Of a DNA stretch of 64,000 nucleotides, positions 12,331-25,261 are shown piece by piece. This stretch comes from Chiloscyllium plagiosum (Eukaryota). Under the pieces are notes generated by a model. The model had not been told where the DNA came from. It ran no database searches and saw nothing but the letters and a program-made list of their open reading frames with translations. The stretch lies in NCBI RefSeq assembly GCF_004010195.1, contig NC_057749.1:17131750-17195749 (forward strand), in the 5' to 3' direction. A program made the translations under genes and the position numbers. Numbering within the stretch: the first letter of the stretch is position 1; the number at the start of each line of letters is the position of its first letter.

Positions 12331-14874
12331 GAGTCATAGAGATGTACAGCACAATCCCAAAACTGACCCAATGGCTATTCTTAATGTGTGAGATTTGATA
12401 GTTTTCTGTTTAATTTCACTGACATCACAGTCGCCAAACTCTGACTACTTCATTCCTGCATCAGCTATCTCCCAACTCTGCTTTATGGTTTGCCATGCCT
12501 GAAACAGTGCAATAGCTTCAGTCTGATTTGCTGACTGGTATGTCACCATTTCATTATTCTTTCTTTTTTAAACTTGTGTTAAAAATTGAACCTAGTTATG
12601 ACACCTTCCTGGTGGTTGAGTTGATTGATGTTCAATAATAATTCTTCTATGTGACTACTTAGTTGTCATTCTGGTGGAAATGTTGTAACAAGTAGATATG
12701 TAACTCAGCAAGGAATCAGTGCTGAAGAGGGGAATGATAAAGATTAATGGGTAACTGTTTTGCTTGAGTTGAATTTAAGATGGCAGAAACTGTCAACCAG
12801 GGTCTGAATTGTGATCATTATTCCTAATGAAAAGTTCATATGTTAAAGGCTATTGAGAACAGGATCAGACTTGATTGTGATATACCTGATGCAGGAAAAG
12901 CTGGCTATTCAACTGTTTATTGGAAGAATAATGACTTTGGCAAGATGGAAGTGATGTCTATGGAATTATTTTCCAGATGAATTAACACTTGGATGGGAGG
13001 TGAAAAAAAGGAGAGGGAGTGAAATCCTCTCTCTGGGCTGAATTTTATATTGCTGTCATTGCCTGAAATTATTCCTGGAGGATTACTTGACAACTACCTA
13101 ATAATTGATTTTATATAAACCTTAATCAATTGTGTTTTTATTTGATAACTTAACAATCTTTGCTATGCCATACAAGACTCTAACATTACTCAGGTCTGTG
13201 TTATGTGTCGAGAGTGTCTTCACTAATCTCATGAATTTGTATTTGGGCCGTTTACTGGTCTTTCTATTTCAAGATTACATGTTGCTCAGTTTCTGCTTTT
13301 AATTTTGAATGCATTTTGTTCGCAGAATTTTCGATGTGATTGATAGATGGGAAAGTTGGAGCATCTATTTTGAGGAAAGAAAATCTGGCATAGTCCTGCT
13401 CATAGTGTTGAATTTGTCCTTTGGTGACATGGTTTGCACTTCAAACTCTGCAGTATTCTGGGAGAAAGAGAGAGATGTCTTTTGCTGAGCAGCCAGCAAG
13501 GGGAGGGGAATATTGCATCAAAAAAGCCTTTGTTCATGAAAACCGTATACCGCTTTGAAACTACTGTACGATCAATTGATCTATCACACTCGTGAAGAAG
13601 ACCTTTGTGACTTATATGAACGAAGATCTTTCTTACTGTTGCATGTATCAACCACGTGCAGCTTTCTTTGCTGAATTTATCTTCATATGTACAATGTGAA
13701 TAAGAAAGAGTGAAATTTGTCCAGCTTTGTTACAGTGCGTGCATCATAAGTTGGACCTAGCTGTAAAAGGGTTTATTGCTCTCTGTTGATAACAGTGAAG
13801 AGCCTGACTGGTATGTCCACTCGGGTGGATTTTTTGACTGTTGATTTTGCTAATGTGCCTGACTAATCCTGTTGTCTTTGCTTGATTGCACTTCAATATG
13901 TAGTTATATCCAGTATTATTTATCTAAACTTTGTTGACTGCACTCTAGAAACAGAGCTAAGACCTGGCCATATAAGACCATACTACCCAAGAAGGAAATG
14001 ATGATTGATGTGAGTTGCTTGACCATAACAGAAGGATTTGTGAAACATGACAAATTGTATACTATAATTGGACAGTATACTCATGTCACATGCTAAAGAG
14101 CATCTTTCACTAAGGTCTAATGCTGATCCTTCTCTGGCCTGCATGTAGTTTAGTGGTTTTTCTTTCAAATAAGAGTAAGGACATGAAAGTTTAATGAGCA
14201 TAATTTAAACTTGAAGCTTTACAATGGACAGTGCCTGAATTGTGACCCATGTTGATTGGCACAAGGTTTGCCTATTCATTGATGACTGGACATAGAATGA
14301 CAACTGTATATAGTCCATATATGCCACTTATGCTCTGTTATTTGAATAGATTGAAAGTGGTTTTGGGCATAACCTATGCACTAAAAGAAAGCGAATATAT
14401 GCACCCTTTACAGGCAGATAAAGTGATTTGTTTCCTGAAATGTCATGGACCTGAAAGATGAAGTCTGTTTCTATCTCCGTAGCTCCTACCTCACCTAAGT
14501 ATTTCTGTTTTTTTTCTTTTGTTATTTCAGATATCCAGCATTTGCTTTCGTGTTAATGCTCTGTAACGGCATAGTTTATCTTCTATCATTTAAAATACTT
14601 GTGAGTTGACGATAAGCATGTGTAATTTCACAAATGTATAATGTTCATTATAAATATGTCTAATTTCGCAACCCTAAATGAGAGTCATTTGGAGGCTGGC
14701 ATTGTAACTTTTATCAGTTGATGCCATGTTGCTCAGTAGAATTACTGGTGTGAAACACAGATTGACAGAATTCTTCCTATGGGTGAAGTATATAATTGAA
14801 ATTTGTTAGATTTTCAAGAAGTTGACAAATCTGCCAAATGATTCTTTACAGTTTTTGAGGTTTTTAAAATTTGT

Positions 14875-15185
14875 TCAATAGGATGTGGCTATATGTAGGC
14901 CAGACTTTGAACAGATTTACATCCCTAAAGCTCATGAGTGAACCAGATGTATTTTTTGACAATTGGCAAGGGTTGCAATTAGGCTAGCCTTTAATTCCAG
15001 ATTTCACTGAATTTAAATTTCTTCATCTATCATGGTAGGATCCAAACCCATGTCCCTTCAACATTAGCCTGGTTTCTGGATTCCAGCAACACATTTTTTG
15101 GCTCTGATCTCCAGCATCTGCAGTCCTTACTTTCTCCTTCTGGATTATTAGTCCAGTGACATTACCACTCTGCACTGCCTCCCCA
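14875..15185 (-). mobile_element. Decayed tRNA-derived SINE with a 55-bp PLE tail inserted
   Basis: Similar to the SINE at 34838-35393. Insert 15083-15137 is flanked by the direct repeat TTCTGGATT (15074-15082, 15138-15146). Confidence 0.6.
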
Positions 15186-17911
15186 ATTTAAGACCATACT
15201 CTTGATTTTGAGTGCGTAATGTGGGCTGTCATTCCAGTGCTACACCATCAGATGTGCTACGTTGCAAATAAAATGTTCAAAACTCCATCTACCCTTTTAA
15301 ACTAATGCTGGTCAAAGAGGGGAGTTCACCAGGCCAATAACTAGCCCTTAGCCAATATTACTTTTAACATAAAATTTATCTGGTCATTTTGGTTGTCAAA
15401 AGGATGTAAGACAGAGGCAGAGAAGCTTTAAGTTGATAGCTAGAATAAGCCAGTTGTTTTATGAGGAAAATTCAGATAGAATAGGCGTTTTATTTTACAA
15501 ATTTAGAAGAGCGAAAAGGGAATTTGATTAAAAATCATTCTTTGATATGAATGCACTGCAGCAAAAATCACCAAAATGAGCAAGTTTCAGTGTGTAATAC
15601 AATTTAAAATGTAAGTTTTAATTCATCATTACATTAGATGTGTCATAACATGCCTGAGTAGGTTGATTTAAAAACTATTGAAACTTGGGTTTTGTCGAGA
15701 GAGGCATTCTTGTTTTCACTGGATGTTTTCGCATTTCAGTGTGGTAAAGAAAGAAGATTCAAACAGCCTTTCTCACAATATTGTTTTGTCTGCAAATAGT
15801 GTTAAGTAACTAAAGTTACAGTAATTTTTGTAGGCTGCTATGATGGTATTTTGTATTGATAAAGTGTGCGCCAAATGATACCCGACAGATGCATATCAGC
15901 AACGTAGCTATGAAATAAATGTTTGGTTCAAAAATGTAGTTAACTTTCCTGAGATCTTTACTTTTACTTAATCTGTAGCATTACAATTTACTGTGAAAAT
16001 TATCTCTGACTTGTTTAACATAATTTATCTATTTTGATTTTTTTAAAAGTTGCTATCTTTCCTTGAAGGTGTGAATATTTGCTGAGGTGTGATTCTGGGA
16101 TATGGTGCTGCCCAGTAACTTGCCCAACTGTCTTTAGTAACATATTGTTGACTAGTTAATTGTCATGTGTGACATCATCCAGTGTAGATGTCAACTCAGG
16201 TTTAGTCCAGAATTTCAAACAGCTAGAGATCAGGAACATAAAACATGTCTGATTGATATCTGCCTTCCCTGCTCCTGTCACCCAACCAGCTAGCGTAGGA
16301 TGCTAATTTTAGTTTAGTAATTCAGCTCCTTCAAAATCAAAAGCACAGACTTGAAATTGAACTTTTGGCTGTGTATAAATCTGTTTGAACAATGTGAACA
16401 ATGTGATGGGCTTTCATATCTATATGTGATTTTATAGGAGGATAGGATATCATGGTGCAGAATATAATTAGAGCAATGTTCTGCATTGAGTGAAAGTGCC
16501 TGCAGTTCAGTTTAACTGTGGATTAACTTTGGTTTTCTTATTAATACATAATTAGAATTAAGGTTGTGTTATATTACATTGCTTGATAATCCCTGTTTTA
16601 TTTAAGAGTTCAAATAAGATAGTTAAGCTAGAAAGGCAACTGTTTGTAGAATTTTGATCATGCTTTAGTTGTATAAGTTGTGATGATCTGACAGCTAATC
16701 ACAAAGCACTGAAATTTCAGAAGAATTGTTTAGGTCACCTTGAGAGTATTAGAATCGCCATCTAATTCTGTTTGCATACTATGAGAGATAATTCTGTAAC
16801 CATTGTCTTCCTTATCAATCAAAAATCTGTCCAATTCAGCCTTGAGCATATTCTATGACCCAGTCTCCACTGCTCCCTACAGAACAGAATTCCAAAGATT
16901 AAACAACCCTTTTGAAGAATAACTCCCTTTACTGTCCATTTTAAGTAGAAGATCCATTATCTTTATACAGTAGACCTTCGTTCAAGATTCCCTATGATGT
17001 GGATCATCTTGTCAGCATCTCCTCTGTGAGGACCCCTCAGAACTTTGTATTTAACTGCGATTGCCTCTTATTCTTAAACCCCCAATGATTGTAAGCCCAA
17101 ACTACTCAAGCTTTCCTCATCATAAACAGCTCATCACACAAATCAACTTAATGAGGGTCCTCTAAACTGCTTCCAGGGGCAAGTATGTCTCTCTTTCAGC
17201 ACACTAGTACAAAACTACACAGTACTTTTGTGTGGTCTATACAATGTCCGATGCAGCTATAGCAAGACTTGCCCATTTTTGCATTCCGTGCACCTTGCAA
17301 TAAATACCCGCATTGCATTAGCTGTCCTAATTACTTCCTGTATCACTGTGCTACTTTCTTCTGATGCTTGTGCAAGGATGCTGGGGTCTCTCTTTGCAGC
17401 ATTCTGTAATTTCTTTCCATTTAACTAATAATCTGCATTTCTGGTGTCTGTCAATGTGATCAACTTCACATTGCCCCAAATTATACACTCTGTTTTGTTA
17501 TTGAATATATGTTTAACCTATTTGTATCTCTTGCAGAGTCTTTCTATCCTCCTTGCAACTTGTTCTTACTATCATCAGCAAATCTGTCAGTTCCCTTCAT
17601 CTAGGACATCAACAGAGATCACTAATATCGTTGGCAGTTACTGTTTGCCTTTGCTGAAAGTAATCCATTTATCCTGCTTCTATTTTCTGTTAGCCCCAGC
17701 CCTCTATTGACCCTAATATCTTAACCCATATCTTGCATCGTGGCTTGATATTTGATACCTCATTGAATGCCATTCGGAAATCTGAATACATAGCAAGTGT
17801 TAATTTCCCTTTAATCCACCTGGTTTGCTGCATTCACAAAGAACTGTAATAAATGTGTCAAACAACATTTCACTTTTTTGCACAACCCATTTTGACTCTG
17901 CCTGAGTAGGA

Positions 17912-18085
17912 ACAAATTAATGCAGATGTTGGAATCTGTATTGAAAACAGTAAATGCTGGAGATCACAGTGGGTCAGTCAGCATCCAGTGAGAGAGAGCT
18001 CTGATGAAGTGTCATTTAGACTCGAAACATTAGCTTGCTCTCTCTCCAAGGCTGCTATCTGACCCACTGTGATCTCCAGTATTTA
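17912..18085. mobile_element. PLE-derived hairpin element (family 3)
   Basis: Arms taaatgctggagatcacagtgggtcag / ctgacccactgtgatctccagtattta enclose a hammerhead motif. Confidence 0.75.
17997..18035 (+). ncRNA. Minimal hammerhead ribozyme motif, slightly decayed
   Basis: AGCU-CUGAUGA-A-GUGUC(AUUUA)GACUC-GAAA-CAUU-AGCU: core, stem II and a 4-bp stem I. Confidence 0.65.
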
Positions 18086-19049
18086 ACTCTGTCTGATATG
18101 ATTTTTCAGACATCAGTTTGCTGCTTTCTCAGTAATGGATTTTGGCATTTTCCCACTGACCTGTGTTAGACGAACTGACCTACAGTTTCCTGCTTCAGGG
18201 ACGGAAGTGTGAAATTTTACAGTTTTATAATCTGAGATCTTTTCAGGAGGGAGGGAACTTTGGAAGATTATAATCAATGTATCCAGAGTCTTTGCAGCCA
18301 CAAACCTTTAAAACCCAGGGGGCTTTTCAGCCTTCTGTAATATTCCCATTACTTTTTGCAAAAGATTGTTTTAAATTCCTCCCACCCTTTTGATTTTCTT
18401 CTATATTTTGAATGCTTTTGTGTGTTCCACTGTGAAGACAGCTATAGAATACTTGTTCAGCACCTCTGCTATTTCCTTGTTGCACATGATTAATTTCCCA
18501 GTCTCATTCTCTCAAGGAACTAATGTTCACTTTAGCTGTTGTTTTACTTTTTAATGTATTGAAGAAACCGTTAATATCTATTTTTATATTTCTTGCTGTT
18601 TAACCTATTTACCCAGTTCACTTCAGCCAATACTTCCTTCTTATCCTTAATGGTTTTTATTTTAAGTTAAAATTGCAAGTTCTGTGGATCCATATTTTTA
18701 ATACTTGAACTGAATTTAAATTCCATTGTGTTCTTTATTTAATCCTGTCTATTTGCATATTGATATATCTAAGTTGCTTAATTCCTGTTATGTTCCAGAA
18801 TGTGGTGTTTTATGAAACTGTCCTGAATAAACTCTGAATTCATGCTCCAGGCCATCCCGCCATATTCTTTCTTCAATTTACATGAAAATTCAAGTTGCTA
18901 ATGATTATTCTAGTACCTTCTTTATAAGCCCCTGTTATTTTTGATGAATATCTGCCCAACAGTGTCACTACTGTTAAGGGGCCTATAAACTGTTTCCACC
19001 ATTGGTTGCTTTATTTTTTACCTCCACCCAAAATAAAGATAATTTCTCA

Positions 19050-19938
19050 TTGTGTGACACTGTGCCTTTGAGAAGTGTTCTATGCTGTTTTTATTGCAGA
19101 GGGGTGTTGTCATAGTGGTACAAAAATGTCTCCTTCAGATAGGCAATTAGTACACAGCTTTTAGGTTCTTGAGACAAAAGCATCATGAGTGGGCAGGCTC
19201 AGGGCTCACACAAACCCAGCAACACAAGTCACTGACCAAGTCAGGATGGTGAGTTTTTGTTGTGAGAAGGTGTCTGCTGGTTGTTGGAGCTAAAAGCTTG
19301 AGTTCTCTGCTGCTTGGGTGAAGTCTTAAGACAAAGTGAGGACTGCAGATGCTGGAGATCAGAGCTGAAAATGTGTTGCTGGAAAAGCGCAGCAGGTCAG
19401 GCAGCATCCAAGGAGCAGGAGAATCGATGTTTCGGGCATGAGCCCTTCTTCCAGGAAGAAGGGCTCACGCCCGAAACGTCGATTCTCCTGCTCCTTGGAT
19501 GCTGCCTGACCTGCTGCGCTTTTCCAGCAACACATTTTCAGCGCTGAAGTCTTAAGACAACAAGGCTTCCTCTTAAAAATCAAAAGGGGCAGATTGTTTC
19601 TTTTTGGAGTTTCTCTCTTCTGGGTTGAAGAGCAATAGCATGTGAAAATCATAACTGTGTTGCTGAATTTGCCTTTACCAAGGGTGTGTTTATGGAATGC
19701 TGCCCATATTAGAATGATTGAGGTTAGTGGTTCATAATACATTATTTTGATAAGTATTCCAGTAGTGTAAAGTTGTGCTAATTCTTTTTTTAACTGTGTT
19801 GTAAAAATAAAGTATGTTTTCATGAAAGCTTAGTGGTGGACCAATTGAATCAAATCTGGAATATAACACCTTAGACTTAAAAGTTAGGTTTACGCCATCT
19901 CCATAATATACTTTAGGGGACTGGCCTGGTCTATAACA
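19050..19938 (+). mobile_element. Solo-LTR-like repeat
   Basis: Ends CTATAACA; AATAAA near 19806. Start matches 34541 onward; end matches the inverted copy beginning at 46806. Confidence 0.6.
19335..19544. mobile_element. PLE-derived hairpin element (family 1)
   Basis: ~85-bp near-perfect inverted arms (19364-19450 / 19454-19542); 16-bp TSD TGAAGTCTTAAGACAA (19319-19334, 19545-19560). Confidence 0.88.
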
Positions 19939-19953
19939 GTACTGATCTCATTC

Positions 19954-20069
19954 TTGATTAGCAGAGATGCTACATCTTCTTTTCCTTATTTTCTTAGAAC
20001 TTCTTTGACTATTGATTAGCAGAGATGCTACATCTTCTTTTCCTAATTTTCTTAGAACTTCTTTGACTA
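19954..20069. repeat. Tandem duplication, 2 x 58 bp
   Basis: ttgattagcagagatgctacatc...ctttgacta repeated with one mismatch. Confidence 0.9.
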
Positions 20070-20139
20070 TTGTCATCTTAAATTTTTTCTGTCTCCTATT
20101 TGTGGTTTGCATTTTACTTAAAGCAGGACATCTATCTCA

Positions 20140-20462
20140 GTATAATATTCTAACTATTATTGAACCATCTTCCAAATGGATAGCCAAAACTGTCTTGAAG
20201 GACAAGGGCAGCCGATACATGGAAACACCATCACCTACAAGTTTTCCTCCATGCGACTCACCGTCCTGACTTGGTCAGTGACTTGTGTTGCTGGGTCAAA
20301 ATCCTGGAATTTCTTCCCTAATAACATTGTGAGACTATCCACACCAAATGAACTGCAGCAGCTCAAGAGGGCAGCTCACCAACACCTTCAGGGCAACTAG
20401 GAATGGACAATAAATGCTGGCCAAGGCAGTGCTGCTTACTTTCCATGAATGAATTAAATAAA
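20140..20462 (+). mobile_element. LINE 3' end sharing its tail with the tRNA SINE at 34838-35393
   Basis: Tail gggcaactag...caataaatgctggcc...atgaatgaattaaa; a related minus-strand piece lies near 29505-29680. Confidence 0.6.
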
Positions 20463-22237
20463 ATTCCAGGATGATTTACTAACTGGTAATCGGGAGTAAG
20501 ATCATTGATTTTCTTTTCACATCATTCCTCGACCAAGAGCACTTGGTTAACCTTTGTATTCTCATCACTGCTTGGATTAGTCTCCACCTCCTGCTGCTGC
20601 CTGGTTTGCTGTGTTCTCCCAGCCTCCTGCTTGTCTACTTTGGATTGGATCTATTAACTGAACTAACTTCTGATTTGCAAAATTCAGTGCTTCACTGGGT
20701 AATGCCATGGTGAGCCACTAAATCCTGAGTTTTGTAAGTTAAAATCGTAATAATCATCACTGTAGCTTCTACTGTATGTCACGACTGGAGAAATGTGTTT
20801 ATGTTAATGTTGATATTTAGGATTCTGAACATAGCATGTTTCAGAGAACTGGCGCTATAATGTTTTACCTCTTGCTGACCAAGGCTCTTCAACATTGGAT
20901 CTGTTGTGTTGGGAAAATAGCCCTATAATACTGTCTGAAGGGAGAAGGCTGCGCATTGCAATAGATTGCAATATTTGTCTACTTTTGGCTTGTTTAAACT
21001 TTGAGATTGTTTAAACTTCTATAATTGGGACAAAAATCTCTTGTTTATTTAGGTTTGACCCAGTCTGCAATGAACTTGACTACATGACAGCTAACGTTCA
21101 AAGTTAGTGTTCGACTGTGCTGGCTTTTCAGAATGATTTAGTTCACTGAGGTAAAGGTTTTGTAATGACTCTGAGTGAGTTTCTGTCTGGACTTGCTGCT
21201 TGGTCTGTGTTGGGAGTGGAGTTTCTGTATGATGTCATTCTCCTGTGCAGATGTTGACACTTGCCTGTGTTTTGTGTGCTCTCTCCAGTAATAATATCTG
21301 GGCGGGTTTCTACAGTTTTTTAAAAAAAATCTGGTTACAGGATATCGTTGAATCCTTGATGAAGGTTGCTAATGTAGTTAAAGCATTGAATGAGACCTGG
21401 TGCAGCAGAGAGAATTAAATCTGATGTACTGTTTTGCTCGTTGTATGTGAGATCTATTTTCATAGTAATTAAATAACATGACCCTAACTGAAATGTGCAT
21501 GCTGATGTTCACCTGTGAATAAGAGATTTGGTTTTCTGTAGGTAAATTGTGGTTTTCTTGAGCTACTGTTTCAGGAATAAAAGGTGTTTAGAGAGAAGAA
21601 TTGGATGATTGTGTAGAACACTTTCATTTTGATGTGGAATTGTTGATAGTTGATATATTTCTTGGTCTTTACAGAAGATTGGAATGCTGTGGGAAAGTTG
21701 ATTTAAATTTTGTTTCTGCTAGTTATTGGTTATAACATATTTTAAACAGGCTTCAGCCAAAGTGAAGTTGAATATTTGAAATTATGATGGAGTCAAAATA
21801 TGATGTTGAGGTGCCAGTGTTAGACTGGGATGGACAATGTTAAAAATCTCTCAACACCAGGTTATAGTTCAACAGGTTTATTTGGAAGTACAAGCTTTCA
21901 GAGCACTGCTGCTTCGTCAAGTAGCTAGTGGGGCAGGATCACAGGACATAGAATTTATAGTAAAAGCTCAAAGTGTCATACAATTGATGCGATGTATTGA
22001 ACAAACCTAGATTGCTGATAAGTCTTTAATCGTTTTGAATGGGTTTCAGTTTTCAATGAATTAATTTGTACATCCCAAAGCTGCTTCCCCATTGCATTCA
22101 TGAGATAACTTAAGGTTTTATAAAAAAAGTGACACCTCAGCTGAGACAATGCATTAAAGGTGTGAGGTTAGAGCCAGTCTGTGTACCAATCTTGAGTCAG
22201 ACCGGTTCTGTTTCCAAAGTAGGAATTTATAAAATTC

Positions 22238-23543
22238 AAAGTTTGTGAGAAGATTTGTAGCTCGGGTGCTCGTTGTTGTGGTTCTGTTCACTGAGCTGGG
22301 AATTTGTGTTGCAGACATTTCGTCCCCTGTCTAGGTGACATCCTCAGTGCTTCGGAGCCTCCAGTGAAGCGCTTCTGTGATCTTTCCTCTGGCATTTGTA
22401 GTGGTTTGAATCTGCTGCTTCTGGTTGTCAGTTCCAGCTGTCCGTTGCAGTGGTCGGTATATTGGGTCCAGGTCGATGTGCTTATTGATTGAATCTGTGG
22501 ATGAGTGCCATGCCTCTAGGAATTCACTGACTGTTCTCTGTTTGGCTTGTCCTATAATAGTAATGTTGTCCCAGTNNNNNNNNNNNNNNNNNNNNNNNNN
22601 NNNNNNNNNNNNNNNNNNNNNNNNNNNNNNNNNNNNNNNNNNNNNNNNNNNNNNNNNNNNNNNNNNNNNNNNNNNNNNNNNNNNNNNNNNNNNNNNNNNN
22701 NNNNNNNNNNNNNNNNNNNNNNNNNNNNNNNNNNNNNNNNNNNNNNNNNNNNNNNNNNNNNNNNNNNNNNNNNNNNNNNNNNNNNNNNNNNNNNNNNNNN
22801 NNNNNNNNNNNNNNNNNNNNNNNNNNNNNNNNNNNNNNNNNNNNNNNNNNNNNNNNNNNNNNNNNNNNNNNNNNNNNNNNNNNNNNNNNNNNNNNNNNNN
22901 NNNNNNNNNNNNNNNNNNNNNNNNNNNNNNNNNNNNNNNNNNNNNNNNNNNNNNNNNNNNNNNNNNNNNNNNNNNNNNNNNNNNNNNNNNNTGATCCGGT
23001 GTGTGTTCTCTATTTCTGTGTTTTAAATGATTACAAAGGTGTCATCCACATATCTGATCCAGAGTTTGGGTTGAATTTGCGGTAGGACTGTTTGTTCTAA
23101 TCTTTGCATTACCGTTTCTGCTATGAGTCCAGAGATGGGTGTGCCCATGGGTGTGCCGTTGATTTGTTCATATATTTGTTTGTTGAATGTGAAGTGTGTT
23201 GTGAGGCACAGGTCCAGTATTTTGAGTATGCCGTCTTTGTTGATAGGTTCAGCGTCCTGTTAGGACATCCCACTCAGACCCATAGTATCACTACCAGGGA
23301 CACCATCACACAAACTGGCTAAAGAACTACAGCAGAAACTGAAACACCTGATCAGCGGATCCAGACACTCTATACAATCAACACAGGAATTCTTGGACAT
23401 CATCAGAAATATACACATCGACAAGGAAGAAACCATGGCCTCATTCGATGTAACGGCACCGTTCACCTCTATCGACAAAACCCTAGCCAGAGAAACAATA
23501 GCCAACCTGCTGGACATACAGAACAGACAACAGGACGTTGAAC
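22238..23543 (-). mobile_element. Nested PLE (family 4) with a 5' inversion (spans a gap)
   Basis: 22270-22575 is the reverse complement of about 59030-59330. Minus-strand RT motifs GTPMG and RYVDDTFVI (22992-23260); plus-strand RPIVSLPGTP...ASFDVTAPFTSI (23262-23543). Confidence 0.88.
22311..22350 (-). ncRNA. Minimal hammerhead ribozyme motif
   Basis: GCA-CUGAGGA-U-GUCACCU(AGAC)AGGGGAC-GAAA-UGUC-UGC. Confidence 0.72.
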
Positions 23544-25226
23544 TTGTGAGAGAGAGCTTGTATTTGAGAGAGGATCTGTGTGAGTGTGATCTTGTGTAGG
23601 TGTGTGTGTATAGTGTAGTGGAGTCACCTGTAGTTTGTCAGGAACCCAAAATCCCAGTTGAGGCTATGCTCGTGGATAATGAACCTGGTTATCAGCATCT
23701 GCTAGGCGATTCTGCATTGTTGTGTATCCTGAAGTTCGCCTTAGAGGACAGTCACCTGAAGATCCGAGGCCGAGGCATACCATGGTAGTTACACAGTGAT
23801 ATTAACAAGTTCCATCCCACAATCAGACTTACCTTGGGCTACTCTTCAGAATCAGTCTCGTTCTTGGACATGCATCTCCGTCAAAGACTGGAACCTCAGT
23901 ACCTCACTCTCTACCGCAAGCCCACTGATAAGCTCCTGATGCTGCACTTCTCGAGCTTCCACCCTAAACATATCAAAACAGCTATCCCCTACAAACAAGC
24001 CCTATGCACACACAGGAAATATTCAGATGAGGAGGAACGCAACGAACATCTCAAGGATGCTCTTATAAGAACAGAATACAATGCCCAACTCATTGATCGC
24101 CAGTTCCAGTGTGCCACAACGAGAAACTATAATGACCTCCTCAGGAGACAGACATGGGATATGAACGATAGGGTATCCTTCGTTGTCCAGTACTGCCCAG
24201 GAATGGAGAAAATACACCATGTTCTTAACAGCCTGCAACACATTATCGATGAGGATGAGCACCTCACCAAGACCTTCCCAATGCCTCCACATCTCGCCTT
24301 GAAACAGCTGCCAAACCTTAAACAGACCATTGTTCACAGCAAACTGCACAGCCTTCAGGACAACATCGACCACAATATCATACGATTCTGACATGTCAGA
24401 GTGTCAACATGGATACTACCATTCTACTTGGGGACACCACACACCATGTGCACGGCAGGTACTGATGTGACTCAGCCATCATTGTCTATCTTGTCTACTG
24501 CAGGCAAGGATGCCCAGAGGCATGGTACATTGGCGAGACCAAGTAGATGGTATGACAACAGATGAATGGACACTGCACAACAATTGTCAAACAGGGATGT
24601 TCACTCCCAGTTGGGAACACTTCAGCGGTCAAGGACATTTGGCCTCAGATCTTCGGGTGACCGTCGTCCAAAACGGACTTCAGGATACCCAACAGCACAC
24701 AGTCACCGAGCAGAGGCTAATAGCCAATTCCGTACCCATGCGGATGGTCTCAACTGGGATCTTGGGTTCATGTCACACTATAAGTGACCCCACTACATAA
24801 TGCACTCCTGCGCACTCTCACTCTCGCGCACTCTCACTCTTGCACATTCTCTCTCCTACATGCACTTTCTTGCACACAGGCACATACTCCGTCATGCACA
24901 CCCATAAGTCTATGGGGTGAATTTGCATTTGCAGATTTGTATTTGCTTTTACAATCTATTTTTGTTCAAAAAGCGCACAATCTGTAGGCAGTCAGTCCAT
25001 GTGACATTTTGGAATACAGACAGACTAACCTCTCACCTTTTATCCCAGGAATGTGACTTGAAAGAAGTTCTGGGATTTACATATTAATGACTCGAAATTT
25101 GCAACCCATTCAAAGTGATTAAAGACTTAGCAGCAATCTAGGTCCATTCAATACATCACATCAATTGTATGACACGTTTTGATCTTTTACTATAAATTCT
25201 GTGTCCTATGATCCTGCCACACTAGC

Positions 25227-25261
25227 TACCTGACGAAAGAGCAGTGCTCCGAAAGCTTGTA
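25227..25261 (+). ncRNA. Minimal hammerhead ribozyme motif
   Basis: UAC-CUGACGA-A-AGAGC(AGU)GCUCC-GAAA-GCUU-GUA, with palindromic AAGCUU; a decayed antisense copy lies near 21888-21925. Confidence 0.68.

Larger units (their letters stand above)
16750..19040 (-). mobile_element. Old, highly decayed CR1 LINE
   Basis: Residual RT and endonuclease-like stretches (e.g. GNCRSVRLT, IIFQSSL); appears to resume after the LTR at ~19940. Confidence 0.6.

Noticed and set aside
19440..19485. Hammerhead in the 19335 hairpin (likewise 32785-32825 and ~35150)
   Set aside because: The CUGANGA core is disrupted at the apex, so no ribozyme is called.
19335..19544. DNA-transposon MITE, Rho-independent terminator or CRISPR interpretation of the hairpins
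   Set aside because: Eukaryotic context, no repeat-spacer array, 13-16 bp TSDs and identity with PLE tails.
19314..19823. Recurrent peptide MCCWKSAAGQAASKEQE on both strands
   Set aside because: Translation of a palindromic non-coding repeat, not a gene family.
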